Origin: Octopus vulgaris | Lineage: Eukaryota | NCBI GenBank assembly: GCA_951406725.2 | Contig: OX597821.1 | Span: 17,732,001-17,796,000, forward strand | DNA length: 64,000 bases | Direction of reading: 5' to 3' | Shown here: positions 24,661 through 38,454 of the stretch, piece by piece | Position numbering within the stretch: the first letter of the stretch is position 1 | Layout: each line of letters begins with the position of its first letter | Notes under the pieces: model-generated | What the model was told of the DNA's origin: nothing | Database searches by the model: none | The model's input: the letters and a program-made list of their open reading frames with translations, nothing else | Translations under genes and position numbers: made by a program

Positions 24661-25739
24661 ATCAATGTTAGAAGAACAGAAACAGTGATTATAATCCTTT
24701 GCAGAACATCCGAGATTTGGAGACGAAGATGGAAAACTTACAATACATGTGTAGTAATACTTTAATCCTAGATCTGCTTGATTGAAAAGGTTTAGGATTA
24801 AAGATATCTGAGACATTAATTCGGCTTCGAATTAGAAACATCCTTATCACGTTTTTGCAGTCAAAATGTCCTCAACTAGTATTTGGTCTGTTGGAAACCT
24901 GTAACCACTAAATCATTTTTTTTTTTTACTGACACGATGCGCAGGCGTGGATGTATGGTTAGGAAGTTTCCTTCCCAACCATATGATCTTGAGTTCAGTC
25001 CCACTGCGCGTTCAATACCCCGTAACTTAGTGGTCCAGCAAAAGAGACTGATAGGATAAGAACCATATTTAAAAATCAAGTACTAGAGTCAATTTGTTCG
25101 ACTAAAACCCTTCAAGATGGTGCCCCAGTATGGCTGCAGTTTAATGACTGAAACAAGTAAAAGAAAGAAAGAAGATAGTTTTATAAAGATCACGAAAGTC
25201 TGATTCCTTCATCCGTAGGATGTGGTTTGAGGGCGGTGAATTAGCAGAGTCGTGTCCTATTGAATGCCACGTCATATGGCTTTACACATCGATTTCAGAT
25301 CTCGTTGCGGTTAGGATTGCTTTTTGTCATTTCGGGTTCTATAAAAATAAAAAAGACCAGCCTAGAAGTATTATGGGTCACACCAGATGTTTTACAATAT
25401 TTGTTCCGACTTTCTTCACTCTGAGTTCATATCCCGTCAAAGTTAACACCGTTTTTCATCCTTTTGGGATCGATGAAAATATACGAGTCCAGAGCAGACG
25501 ATCCACTGAGCTATAAGGACGTAGGACGAAACGTCTTGTGATAATTTTTCCGACTCTGTACTCTGAGTTCAAATCTCATTGAGATTAACTTTGCCTTTCA
25601 TCCTTTTGAGGTCGATAAAACAGTACCTATTTAAGTCAAGTTTTGGAGGTGGGTTTCACTGATGATTTTTGGCAACTTGTATTTCGTGTTATATCATTAA
25701 TTTGATGCAACTTGTGCAATCGTTGCTAAATTGTTTATT

Positions 25740-27120
25740 CTTTATTTTCACATATATTATATAAACATTAATTGCTTATTCTTTATTTTACAGCTTTGAT
25801 AATGAGTAGATAAAAAATTACAATTAGAGCTATTTTACGCTATCTGTGGGAAAAAAAAAGAAAAGAACTGGGTGCAAGGGTAGCGGGAAAAGAAGTTAAT
25901 GATGTGGAAGGCCCAGGAACTGTCAAGGAACGTGTGACAAGAAAAAAAGCTAGTTCAGACATTTCAAAGACGACACCAGCCTCGAAGACAAATCGAAGTT
26001 AGGGAGATCTTCTGTTGTGGAAGATGAGGCCAAGCACAAGCACTCGTATATTGTTGGCAGAACTTGGCCCTTCACACTCAATCAATCGACATCCATAAGC
26101 TCGGACTTGTGAACAGATGTTGTCAAGAAGCTCCACATGAAATTACCAATGACCAGGTTCAACGATGTGTGAACATTTGCAAACAACTGCTGGAAAATAC
26201 TCGCGATGCTCACTTTTAGCGTCGAATTGTAACTGAATTTGAAAAATGGCTCTATTTTCGTAATCCTAATAAGAGAAACCAGTGGCTTCGTTCTAGCCAG
26301 GCTTCAGGATCTATTGTCAGAAAAGAGTGGTTTCAATAGAAGGTCATGTTGCGTGTTTAGTGGAATTTTGAGGGGGTGTTGTACTTTGGCTTTCTCCCAG
26401 ATGGCCAAACTGTGAACGCTAGCCTATAAAGGCTCAACAACTGCATGGAGTATATGATGTTTTGAAAGCCCGTTACCTAGCATTGGTCAGTCGAAATCGC
26501 ACATTCCTACTGCATGGAAATGCCCCGCACATGCTGCCTTTGTGACCAAGCGCAAACTTGAGGAACTTGAAAGACTGAAAGCGCTGCCTCACCTTGTCTG
26601 CAGTCCGGACCTTTTCCTGCACAGATGGAAGTTCAACAGCATGGTTGAGGTTGAAAACGGGTACAATAACTTCTTTGCTTCTAAACCAGCCAAATGGTAT
26701 AATTATGGAATTATTCTGCGAGCTGGCAGAAACGTTAGCACGCCGGGTGAAATGCTTAGCGGTATTTCGTCTGCCGTTACGTTGTGAGTTCAAATTCCGC
26801 CGAGGTCGACTTTGCCTTTCATCCTTTCGGGGTCGATAAATTAAGTACCAGTTACGCACTGGGGTCGATGTAATCGACTTAATCCGTTTGTCTGTCCTTG
26901 TTTGTCCCCTCTGTGTTTAGCCCCTTGTGGGTAATAAAGAAATAGGTATAATTATGGAATTCAACTTCTGGTACAATGGTTGTAGTAGACATTAGAATAT
27001 GATGGGATGCATTTTCATGAATAAACATCTTTTTGTGTGTGTGTGCGGTGGGGGAGGTGGTATTCGTTTGACCTATTAATTAAAGCTTGAAATACGAAAA
27101 ATCATTCCACCCAACCTGGT
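25740..27120 (+). mobile_element. Degenerate mariner transposon interrupted by a SINE
   Basis: APHEI (WVPHEL), RIVTEFEKWLYFRN (IVTGDEKW), LLHGNAPH (HDNARPH), CSPD (YSPDL). Right TIR CATTCCACCCAACCTGG-TA. SINE A at 26718-26945 has TSD GGTATAATTATGGAATT. Confidence 0.85.
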
Positions 27121-27832
27121 ACTAATCCATGGCAACGGTGGATTGGCGGAAAACTGTTAGAAAATTGAGCGAGATGCCTTACAATATCTGCTCCAGCTCT
27201 TCACGTTCTTATAGTAAGCCCGGAGCGGTACAGGTGGTAGGTTGTATCAACCCAAGTCAGCAGCTTTTCCTTTGAATAAACATCGATGGTAGCATGTAAA
27301 GAGGACACCTTGCATGTGTGAACGACTTATTGTTTTCAAAATATCTTGTCCAGGCCTATACATAGATGTGAAGATGCAGGGTCATAGCTGACCGACGGAG
27401 GCCCTAAAAATGTTATTTGATGGATTTGGTGGGTTTTTAGAAGGTTCAGTGACCATGTTGAAGCTCCCTGATTCACTCAACAGCTGAAGGAGATCGATAT
27501 ATCGATTAATTTTCAAACCAGATACCTAGCCATAAATGTTTCTAACGGAGTAGATTTCACTAAAGGCTCCCAGGAACTAGGTAATGGCGTTGATGACCTC
27601 TGTGTAGCATCATTGGTCATAATGCGCTTTGCATTGTTTTACCCTTTGAATGAAGACACCCTGTTGCATAGACGAGCAGACCAACGTACCTCCTTGATCG
27701 AAAGAAGGACTGGAATCCGGTTTGGAAATCGAACTCACGATCTAGCAATCGTGAGTGCATCAGCCTAACCACAAAGCCACGCGCCTTCACTATATATATG
27801 TGCATGAATGAGCATATATATCTTTACACCAA

Positions 27833-28040
27833 TGTGACCTCGTTTGTACCGTTGGCGATTTTTTTCCTCTGTCTTCCCTTCTCGGGATCTTTCCTTCTCC
27901 TATGTTTCCGACGAAGAGCTCCGCTCGAAACGTTAAACCCTCCTTCTTCCCTTCTTTCCTGAGCGTCCAATAATACTATATTTGTTCCACGTCCTCGCGT
28001 TGTTGTGTATTTTTTATGTTTTCTTGTTTGGATTAACTTT
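27833..28040 (+). mobile_element. Short Penelope-like (pLTR-type) element carrying a minimal hammerhead motif
   Basis: Motif at 27904-27938: GUUU-CCGACGA-A-GAGC(UCC)GCUC-GAAAC-GUU-AAAC. Ends GGATTAACTT-(TA)n. Confidence 0.65.
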
Positions 28041-28362
28041 ATATATACATATATGTTTGTGTATAAAATATGTATATGTTGCCGCTCTCTCTCTCTCCTT
28101 CTCCCTCTCATTCACACACACAACTGTATGTATCTGTGTATATATAATGAACCGTTATATTTACCAAAACCACCCGAAACTTTAAATCATATGGTTTTCA
28201 CAACGTTATGCTTAAAATTAAACAAACTGCGCAATACATCATTTTAAAGGATGAGATGTAGTAAAATGAGTGGAGATGTGTACAAAAGGCATCGCCTTTT
28301 TAATAGAAATAAGGTGCCTTGCCCTGGAAAAATTAATATGTGCGTGTTTGCATTCCTATATA

Positions 28363-28856
28363 CCGTAAATCCTCTAGTATAAAATATAAAGGACAAAATC
28401 CCTAGTGCGTATTATACACGAGGTTAAAAATAAAAATTATTTTCTAAGAAATGTCCCAGTCTCTATTTGCTGTCCGGCAATGTTTATTCAGACGCATTTT
28501 ATGATGTCGGGCGCGAAAATACCTTAAGCTAAGCCTGAAAGCAATGAAGTCATAAAAGAATCATCCATAACTTGCAATAAGCAACATTTATTAAACATTA
28601 TTCCGGATATTTCTTTATTTTCTGCAAACAAAGTGCACAGAAAAGCGACACGTTTGCATTATGTTATATATACAATAATAATAAAGGACGTTACCGTGTA
28701 CAGTTTTACAAACCAAGGACGTTATATAGACCTCCTTGACTCAAGTTAGAGAAAGGGTGCGTATTATACACAAGGTTTAGGTTTTTCAGAGGTACAGCCC
28801 CCTAAAAATCCCCTGCGTATGATACTCAAGGGCGGACTATACTCGAGGATTTACGG
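28363..28856. mobile_element. pogo/Tigger-like MITE
   Basis: TA-CCGTAAATCCTCTAGTATA ... TATACTCGAGGATTTACGG terminal inverted repeats. Confidence 0.75.
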
Positions 28857-28956
28857 GATGTGTGTATACACGTACGCGCGCGCACACATGACATCTTTTT
28901 ATGCTACTTGCTATTAACTGATTCTAATTAGTGTCACTGAGTGTGTATATGTGAGC

Positions 28957-29013
<57 letters not shown>

Positions 29014-29432
29014 GAAGAGACAGACAGACAGATCAGAAGGCAGGCAGACAGACAAAGAGAGATTTCAAATTCACTGTTGACTACGCTTGAGTAACGACAA
29101 AAGGTTTAGGATTAAAGAAATAATCCGATTAATCAAAATAATTACGCATACATACATACATACATACATACATACAGACAATTATACAATGTGAGCGCAC
29201 ACACACACGTATACGCGCACACATTATAAGTGTGTAATAATCATATCTATGAACTATTTTGCATATATGTATTCGCACGAACACACCTATATATTTGAGT
29301 GCGTCATAGCCCACCGTCGAATACAGAGGACCTGTGTTAACATGTAATGGTAGGAATTTAACGCAACTAATCACGAAGCTGAAACATAAATGGTTTAATT
29401 GTCGTGCATCGAATGCATCCAATCATGCGTAT

Positions 29433-29496
<64 letters not shown>

Positions 29497-30139
29497 GGAG
29501 TGGCTGTGTGGTAAGTAGCTTGTTTACTAACCACATGGTTCCGGGTTCAGTCCCACTGCGTGGCACCTTGGGCAAGTGTCTTCTACTATAGCCTCGGGCC
29601 GACCAAAGCCTTGTGAGTGGATTTGGTATTTGGTAGACGAAAACTGAAAGAAGCTCGTCGTATATATGTATATATATATGCGTGTGTGTGTTTGTGTGTC
29701 TGTGTTTGTCCCCCTAGCATTGCTTGACAACCGATGCTGGTGTGTTTATGTCCCCGTTACTTAGCGGTTCGGCAAAAGAGACCGATAGAATAAGTACTGG
29801 GCTTACAGAAGAATAAGTACCGGGGTCGAGTTACTCGATTAAAGGCAGTGCTCCAGCATGGCCGCAGTCAAATGACTGAAACAAGTAAAAGAGTAATATA
29901 AATACCCTGAAACTAGTCTGCAGATGCCTGACCCGCAAAGGGAAGCGGCTGACCTCCCCTGTTCGAAGGTTATAATGGACACAGGTTCGTGTGTCACATA
30001 GCTAGCTAGAGGCGATGGCCTCTTGGAGCTAATCAACGTCAGTATTCGTCCTATATTTATGGACTGCCATATTAGCTTGACGATAACTATTAATCTCCAG
30101 TACCGCTGACTCCTTTAGAGAGACTTAGAAATTTTAATA

Positions 30140-30214
<75 letters not shown>

Positions 30215-30217
<3 letters not shown>

Positions 30218-30408
30218 ACCTCCGTTGGCGATTTTTTTCCTCTGTCTTCCCTTCTCTGGATCTTTACTTCTCCTATGTTTCCGACGAAGAGCTCCGCTCG
30301 AAACGTTAAACCCTCATTCTTTCCTTCTTTCCTGAGCGTCCAATAATACTATATTTGTTCCACGTCCTCGCGTTGTTGTGTTTTTTTTGTGCTTTCTTGT
30401 TTGGATTA

Positions 30409-30413
<5 letters not shown>
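30215..30413 (+). mobile_element. Second copy of the hammerhead-bearing short element, inside (TA)n
   Basis: Near-identical to 27833-28040. Motif at 30277-30311. Confidence 0.68.
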
Positions 30414-30489
<76 letters not shown>

Positions 30490-30793
30490 GCAGATATTAC
30501 CGACGACATATACTAGATGTTTGTACTTTACTTGTTTGTCGGTAGGCTGCATGTGGTGCGGTAAGGACGACTCCTTCAAAGGTGTTAAAACACCAGGAAG
30601 TTATGGACAAGCGAGACAACTCTCCCCAAAACAAGCAAAGCACATACATTGAGTTTGCGTGATTTATAATGTTTACAACACTAGCGCTGCTTCTAATTCA
30701 TATTTGAATGTGTGTGCGTGTATATGCGTGTGTGTGAGCGTGTGTGAGCGTGTGCGTGCGTGTGTATGCATATAATATATGTATGTGTGTGTA

Positions 30794-30833
<40 letters not shown>

Positions 30834-30834
30834 A

Positions 30835-30914
<80 letters not shown>

Positions 30915-31737
30915 GCTCATACACACATTTATGGAATATAGTCACACATGTACTTGTCAGGGCAGTCTTAATTCGTCTAAACCACTGTGAATGCCTTGTT
31001 TCTAATTAAGTATTAATTGAAGCTATAAAAAAAGGCTGTGGGAAATTAAAATAGAAAAAGAATCATACATAACCTGAAACAAAAAATGCATGTGTTTGTG
31101 TCTGTAGGGATACAAAATAGGGACACGTGCACTTTACAGTACATTTTCATTTGTCTAGTCGAAATATTTTCCGTAATTAACGATTAATTAGAGCTATCAC
31201 AAAAGATTATATGAAGTATGCACACATACGTACATACAGAGAAACTCACACCCCGTAATATACTCGTGCGCAGAATACAATTTCAGATTGTCTCTCTTGG
31301 CTACAACAGCATTTCTGCTAAGAAACATCCTTGATTTTTAGGGATTCTTTGATCGAGAGCCTTTGCTTGAAATATTAGTTTGAAACTTTAGTCAAAGACT
31401 AGCAATTTCAGGAGGGTCGGGAGATTAATTGTTTATATCGACTACAGTACTCAACTGGTATTTATTTTATCGTTCCCCACAAGGATGTAAAGCGAAAATG
31501 AGGTCGGCGAAATTTGAACTCAGAGCATATAGACAGACGAAATGCGGCTAAGCATGTTGCCCAGTGTGCTAATGAGTCTGCCAGCTCACCGGCTTTGATT
31601 TTACCCGAAATATTAAAGGAAAATCAATTCTGTTCTTTCGACAGAACGAAATTAATTACTGTATACTCTTGTTTGTGTCCTTATTTTGTTCCACAGATTT
31701 TTTAAACGAGACAAACACAGAAGGCTTTAAATATGAG

Positions 31738-31768
<31 letters not shown>

Positions 31769-31942
31769 CCAAGGGAGAAGATGGAGATACGATTAATAAA
31801 AATGTATTAATACATTGACAAGACCTTGTGTCTACATTATAAGGTATTCAAACAGTCTAATCTTGGATATTTCTATCCCTCTGAGGTTTATATATCCTCA
31901 CTTGTACCTTAATCTATATGTATATGTATGCATATATAAGTA

Positions 31943-33068
31943 CACGGACATGATACAAATATGACAGAAGTAAATAGACAGTCTTATAATCATTAAAATT
32001 TCTTTAAATCTGAAATTACACATTCAAATTACTTATTAATTGTTATAATGTAAATATTTTCTTGCCAAGTTTCATGCAGTAATCTCAAAAGATCTGGCTT
32101 TGCAGATACTTTCTTGTTCTTTTAATGAAGTGTCTTGTCCATTATGTCCCAGAAGTGTTCAATAGAGTTTATATCTGGTAACTAGTTTGGCCATGGAAGC
32201 TTTTTAATGCCATTCTCATCCAACAAGTCTTGGATCATTTTAGACGTGTGACAAGGAGCCCATCTTCCATAAATAGTTTTCTTTAATCATTTCACCACCG
32301 GAGAAGATTGGAAGGAGTCCTTTCTGCAATATGGACATATATTTGTCTGAGTTTATGTTCCCCTCACACACCACCAGATTGATCAACCATTGCTCCAAAT
32401 TGCCCCCCAGACCATCACAGAATAGCTGCAGTGCTTCATTGTTGGCAGCAATCTTTTCATATCAAATTCTTGATCACTGCGTCTCCAGACCCACACTCAA
32501 CCACTGTCAGGAAACACACCAAATCTGGACTCATCAGAGAATATGACAGTGTCCCAAAATGCTCTCTCCACTGGCTCAATCTTTTCTCCGCTTGATGTTG
32601 GCTGATCGAAGAAGTGGCTTTCATCTTGCAGCTCTGCCATAGTAACCAAGATTGTGGAGATACCTGACAGCTGTTCTGAGACTGACATCAAATTGTTCTG
32701 CTATGTCAGAGGCCTTGCAACGAGGATTTTCCTCCACACTTTTCTTAGCAAAGAGGGCCCTGCTTGATCTGGGGGAGATGATGTGGACTCCTTCCCCTAT
32801 CTGGTGAATTATACAGTCACTCTATTAACAGTAGAAGACGTGATCTCAAGATTTTCTGCGATTTTACGCTATATCTACCTTCAGAATGAGCTACAATACA
32901 ACCTCTTTGAAATTCAAGCAGTTCCAAAACTTCTTTTGTACATGACATGATTAAACAGCCACATTTATAGAACCTGAAGCATTAAAAATGTAAGTTAATG
33001 AAAAATATGAACCTTTACAACTTAGAATAAAAATGTTTTATGGGGTGTCTATTTTTGTCATTACTGTG
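31943..33068 (-). mobile_element. Degenerate Tc1-family transposon
   Basis: WDTVIFSDESRF, MEDGLLVTRL/APCH region, LPWPN*LPDINSIEHFWD (equivalent to WPxxSPDLNPIENLW). CAGT-type terminus near 33066. Confidence 0.82.
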
Positions 33069-33170
33069 TATATGTGTGTGTATATATATATATATATATA
33101 CATATATATGCATATATATGTATACACCTACATATATATGTATATATACATGCAATACATGCATATATTG

Positions 33171-33414
33171 GTACAGGACGTCAAAAAAGACCTGAACAAA
33201 ATGAGAAACGAGACAGGCAACTTAAAGGACATTCCCTTCAGCAGTTGTCCCCTGTTTTATCTACTCCGCGTTTCGAAGATAAAACAGGGAACAACTGATC
33301 AAGGGAATGTTCTTTATGTTGCCTGTCTATTTTCTCTGTTCCTTTCGTTTTCCATGTTTTTTTTTAATGTTCTCGTTTCTCATTTTGTTCACGTTCTTTT
33401 TTGACGTTTTGTAC
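33171..33414. repeat. Foldback (palindromic) element in TA-rich microsatellite
   Basis: Outer and inner inverted arms around the spacer ACTCCGCGTTTCGA. A diverged relative lies at about 57030-57215. Confidence 0.8.
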
Positions 33415-33533
33415 TCATATATGCATATATATATACATATATATGTAGGTATGTGCATATATGTATGTATATATGCGTATATATATATTATTTATATTAT
33501 TATATGATCGAAAGCCACGCATCCATTTCCAAG

Positions 33534-33589
<56 letters not shown>

Positions 33590-33595
<6 letters not shown>

Positions 33596-33795
33596 TAATC
33601 CAAACGGGAAAACAGAAAAAACAACAACACGTGGAACAATTACAGTATTATTATTATTAGGCGCTCAGGAAAATGGAAGAAGGAGGGTATGACGTTTCGA
33701 GCGGAGCTCTTCGTCGGAAACATAGGAGAAAGAAAGATCCCGAGACGGGAGGACAGAGGAAAAAAAATTTACAAGTAGTCTTCACGAGGTCACAT
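33590..33795 (-). mobile_element. Third copy of the hammerhead-bearing short element
   Basis: Minus-strand motif at 33687-33721 with a GUC cleavage triplet. Confidence 0.65.
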
Positions 33796-34539
33796 ACTGA
33801 AAAGACGGAAGTGGTAAAAAAGGAGGAAAATGTTTTTTAAAAACAGGAGAGCTGAATCAAAGAGGGAATGGTAAAAAAAAAGGTGTGCGAGAAAACGAGG
33901 GTGTGTGTGTGAGTGTGTGCGTGTGTGTGTATGTGTGTGTATGGTGGACAGTGGCTAGTAGCAGGCAGTAGTAGAATTAAAGGAGTGTGTGGGGGTACCC
34001 TAGCAAGTCAGAAAGGCAGATCAGAAACAGGGAGGTATGTGTGTGTGCGTGTGTATGTATGTGTGAGTGTGTGCGTGTGCGTGTGTGTATGTGTGTGTGA
34101 GGCGAGATAAAAAAACAAAAAATATGTATATGTTAGTGCGTGCAGGGCGAACGGATGACATAGCAAGTCCCGAGTGAGTGGTCAGTGGTAAAAAAAGGGA
34201 GGAAGGGTGGAGAAGGGAAGGAGGGAAAGGGTGGGGGTGTATGTAACGTGCCAGTGTGTGTGTTGAGTGGTAGTGTGTCCAGTGTGCGTAGTTGTGTGTA
34301 TGGCAAGTAAATTTGAAGTGTGTGTAAGTGTAATGTATATATATATGCAAATGTGTGTGTGTGAGTGGGTTTGTGTATGTGTGTGCGTGTGTGTACAAAG
34401 AGGGGGGGTTAAGGAAAAAAACTGCAGCGGAGGGGGGGGGGAGATGGAAGAGTGGTCCCGCGGCGACAGGCGTGGGAGAACCCAAAGACACGCGCCGGCC
34501 CCAGATACGTACAGGAGATCTAGTCGGTCAACCAAGAGC

Positions 34540-36120
34540 GTGGTGCATGCATGCGTGTATGCGTGCGCGAACGTGCACAAGCGTGTATGTGCGCGCGCCT
34601 GCGAGTGTGTGTGTAAGTATGTATGTGTGTGGATGTGTGAGTGTGTCTGTGTGTAAGTCTGGGTGTCAGTGTGTCCGATGAATGTATGTAAGTATGTGTG
34701 TGTATATGTGTGTATATAGATGTATGTCCGTGTGTGTGTGTATGTGTATGAGTGTGTATGTATGTACGTGTGTGTGTGTGGAAGTGTGTGTATGTGCATG
34801 TGTGTGCGCGTACATGCAGGTGTGTGAGTGAGTGTGTGTGTATGTATGTGTGAGTGTGTATGTCTGTGTGTGTAGGATGCATGTATGTGTATGGGTGTAT
34901 GTATGTGTGTGTGTGTATGTATGTGTACGTGCGTGTGTGTGTGTATGCATGTATGCGTATGCATGTGCGTATGTGTGTGTGTGTGTGTGTGCATGTGTGT
35001 AGGTATATATGTATGTGCGTATATGTGTGTGTATGTGCGTACATGTGTGTGTGTATGCATGTGTGTGTATGTAGGTGTGTAGGCGTGTGTGTATAGGTGT
35101 ATGTATGCAAGTATGTATGGGTGTGTCCGTGTGTGTGTGTGTAAGCATGTGTGTGTATGTAGGTGTGTGGGCGTGTGTATAGGTGTATGTATGTATGTAT
35201 GTATGTATGTATGTATGTATGGGTGTGTCCGTGTGTGTTTGTGTGTGTGTGTATGTGTGTGTATGTATGTAGGTGTGTGTGTACGTGTGTAATATATGTA
35301 TGTATGTGTGTGTGTGCGTGTGTGTGTGTGTGTATGTGCGTGTGTGTGTATGTGTGTGGGAGTGTAGGTGTGTGTGTGCGTGTATGTGTGCGTGTGCGTG
35401 TATATGTTGGTGTGTGTGTATGTGAGTGTGAGTGTATGGGTGTTTGTCATGCATGTGTGTGCGCGTGCAGGCGAGTGTGTGTGTAAGTATGTGTGTGTGT
35501 ATGTATGTGTGAGTGTGTATGTGTGTATGTATGTGCGTATAGGAGTATGTAAGTATGTGTGTGTGTATGTGTGTGGGTGTATGTATGTATGTATGTATGT
35601 GTGTGTGTGTGCATGTGTGTAAGTATATGTGTGTGTGCGTATGTATGTGTATGTGTATGTGTGTGTGTTTATGTATGTGTGTGTATGTATGTGTGTATAG
35701 GTGTATGTATGTATGGGTGTGTGTCTGTGAGTGTTTGTGTGTGTGTGTAGGTATGTGTGTATGTATGAGTGAAGGTATAGCTGTGTAGGTGTGTGTGTAT
35801 GAATGTAAGTGTGTGTGTGTACAAGTGTAATGTATGTATGTAGGTGTGTGTGTGTGTGTGTGTGTATGTGTGCGTGTGCGTGTGTATGTGTGTGAGTGTG
35901 AGTGTATGGGTGTATGTCTGTGTGTGTGTATGTCTGAAGTAGGTATGTGTGTGTATGTATGTATGTGTGTGTGTGTGTGCAGGTATGTGTGTGTGTGTAT
36001 GTGTGTGTGTAAGTGTGTGTGTGAGTAGGTGTGCGTGTATGTATGTGGGTAGGGATGCATGCGTGTGTGTGGGTATGTATGTATACATACGCACGCACAC
36101 ACCCGAAGCACGCCCACACA
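34540..36120. repeat. Long degenerate (TG/TA/TATG)n low-complexity tract
   Basis: About 1.6 kb of alternating purine-pyrimidine sequence. Confidence 0.93.
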
Positions 36121-36127
36121 CACAGTC

Positions 36128-36875
36128 AATGGCTATGTGAGCGAGCCATCTTAGCTCCACGTAGTGATGCTGTTGACAGAATCAATTGGGACCTCTCGCA
36201 GCTGTTGCCAGGACAAGAACAGTCTTTCAAATCCATCAACACTCATTGATCAGGACCAAGCTGAAGTTTCTGAACTCTCTACTGCCATCTGGGATGTCAC
36301 CTCACAACTTCACACTTAAAAAAGGGGGCCCCAGTCATGCTGCTCAGAAATTTGGATCCATCTCGCCTGTGCAGTGGCACCAGACTGGTGGTGAAAGCGA
36401 TACAACCTCATGTCCTAGAGGCAGTAATTATCACTGGGGTGTATAAGGGTGATAATGTCTTCATTCCACGGATCCTGTTAATTCCATCTGACCTCCCCTT
36501 TGAATTTAAACGGCTCCAGTCCCCAATAAAACTAAGTTTTGCCATGTCAACAAACAAATCTGCAGGACAATCTCTCAAGGTTGTTGGTCCTTGTTTCTCT
36601 CATGGGCAATCATATGTAGGATGATCGCGAGTTGAAAGTCCCAATACTCTTTTTATTTGTACCCCAATTAAAAGATACACTGAAAACATTCTATGTTTAA
36701 AAGTTCTACAAAATAAAAAGTGTTACTGATTTTAGGGTTTATTTTAATAACCTGTTTATAATTACGTCATCACACTCACGTCATACTTTTTCTGAAAATA
36801 TATTTTTCTCTGAATAAATATATTTATTTCCTTTAACATTCTTTGAACTTCCGAGCAACGCCGGATACTTAGGGT
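36128..36875 (+). mobile_element. Helitron PIF1-helicase C-terminal fragment with 3' hairpin
   Basis: WLCERAILAPRSDAVDRIN, EFLNSL-like KFLNSLLPSGMSPH, MLLRNLDPSRLCSGTRL...VFIPRI..FKRLQSPIKLSFAMSTNKSAGQSL..CFSHGQSYV. CCGAGCAACGCCGG hairpin near 36851. Confidence 0.9.
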
Positions 36876-36880
36876 AGTAC

Positions 36881-36928
<48 letters not shown>

Positions 36929-37000
36929 CTGCTTCCATTTCCTGATATAATAATAATATAATTGTTCCCTTGTTGTTGTTTTTTGTTTCCCGTTTGGATT

Positions 37001-37061
<61 letters not shown>

Positions 37062-37485
37062 CTCTTAGCTTTACAGCGTATCATCAGACCCTAAACCTGT
37101 TGGCCGGTTTGAACCAATACTGCTTACGTCGCTTACAACGAATTTCTCCTCAGCCTACAGGCTAATTGCGACACATTATCTATATCATCAGAAACAAAAT
37201 TTGCGTTAACATGCGGTTTATTAATGGATACATGTAAATGATGACGCTCAAAGAGGCTGAAACATGTATTTTTTAGCAATGCCACCACCGCTGCAGGACG
37301 TTTTCATCTGCTTCTGGTATATTTCTGTGAAGAAGATTTCACGAAACTAACGGTGCAATTTTCAGATTTTCAACTGTTCAACTATATATCTGTCGTTCAA
37401 AGTATAATAATTAGATTTATATGTATTATGTGTGTGCGTGTGTGTGCGTGCGTTGTGTGTGTTTGTGTGTGTTTGTGTGTGTGCG

Positions 37486-37545
<60 letters not shown>

Positions 37546-37845
37546 CAGATGCGTTTGTATTTCACAGTTTATAGTTTAATTGGTTCTATACTAAATAAAG
37601 AATTAATTAGGCATATGGGAATGTCTGCTATACTCTCTCTTTACTCTTTTTACTCATTTACTTGTTTCAGTCATTTGACTGCGGCCATGCTGGAGCACCG
37701 CCTTTAGTCGAGCAAATCGACCCCGGGACTTATTCTTTGTAAGCCCAGTACTCATTCTATCGGTCTATTTTGCCGAACCGCTAAGTGGCGGGGACATAAA
37801 CACACCAGCATCGGTTGTCAAGCAATGCTAGGGGGACAAACACAG

Positions 37846-37879
<34 letters not shown>

Positions 37880-38454
37880 GTATATACATATATACGACAG
37901 GCTTCTTTCAGTTTCCGTCTACCAAATCCGCTCACAAGGCATTGGTCGGCCCGGGGCTATAGCAGAACACACTTGCCCAAGATGCCACGCAGTGGGACTG
38001 AACCCGGAACCATGTGGTTGGTTAGCAAGCTATTTACCACACAGCCACTCCTGCTATGCATTAAGATTATTCAAGAAAAAATAGCCACCTTTCACTAGGG
38101 CAGGAAAATCCTGAAGATACAATGAACAACAGTCTGACATCACATAATTGGATAAATCATTAAAATGAGTAGAAAGATAATAACTAAAAAGAACATTCTT
38201 AGAAATCAGGTATGAAATAAAATATTCTCATGAAATGGGAAGAACCGGAAAGGAAATTGATGATGTAGAAAGCAAAAACCAAAAAAAAACCTTAAGATTT
38301 CTATAGATTTAATTTTAAAAAAGTAGTTCCGTAAATCACAAAATAGGAACATAGCTTCAAGGAAATAGCTCCATGCCTATAAACTACAAAAAGGTAAGTG
38401 AAAAATTGCATGAGCAATTCAGTTTTTCACTGACCCGCTGAGACATATAATATA

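Noticed and set aside
34182-36129. 645-aa and 487-aa His/Thr/Tyr-rich ORFs
   Set aside because: They are translations of a degenerate (CA)n tract. Lack of stops follows from base composition, and there is no domain signal.
37815-38084. Recurrent ORFs starting MSSNARGTNTD / MLGGQTQT, resembling a gene family
   Set aside because: All are antisense translations of SINE family B copies.
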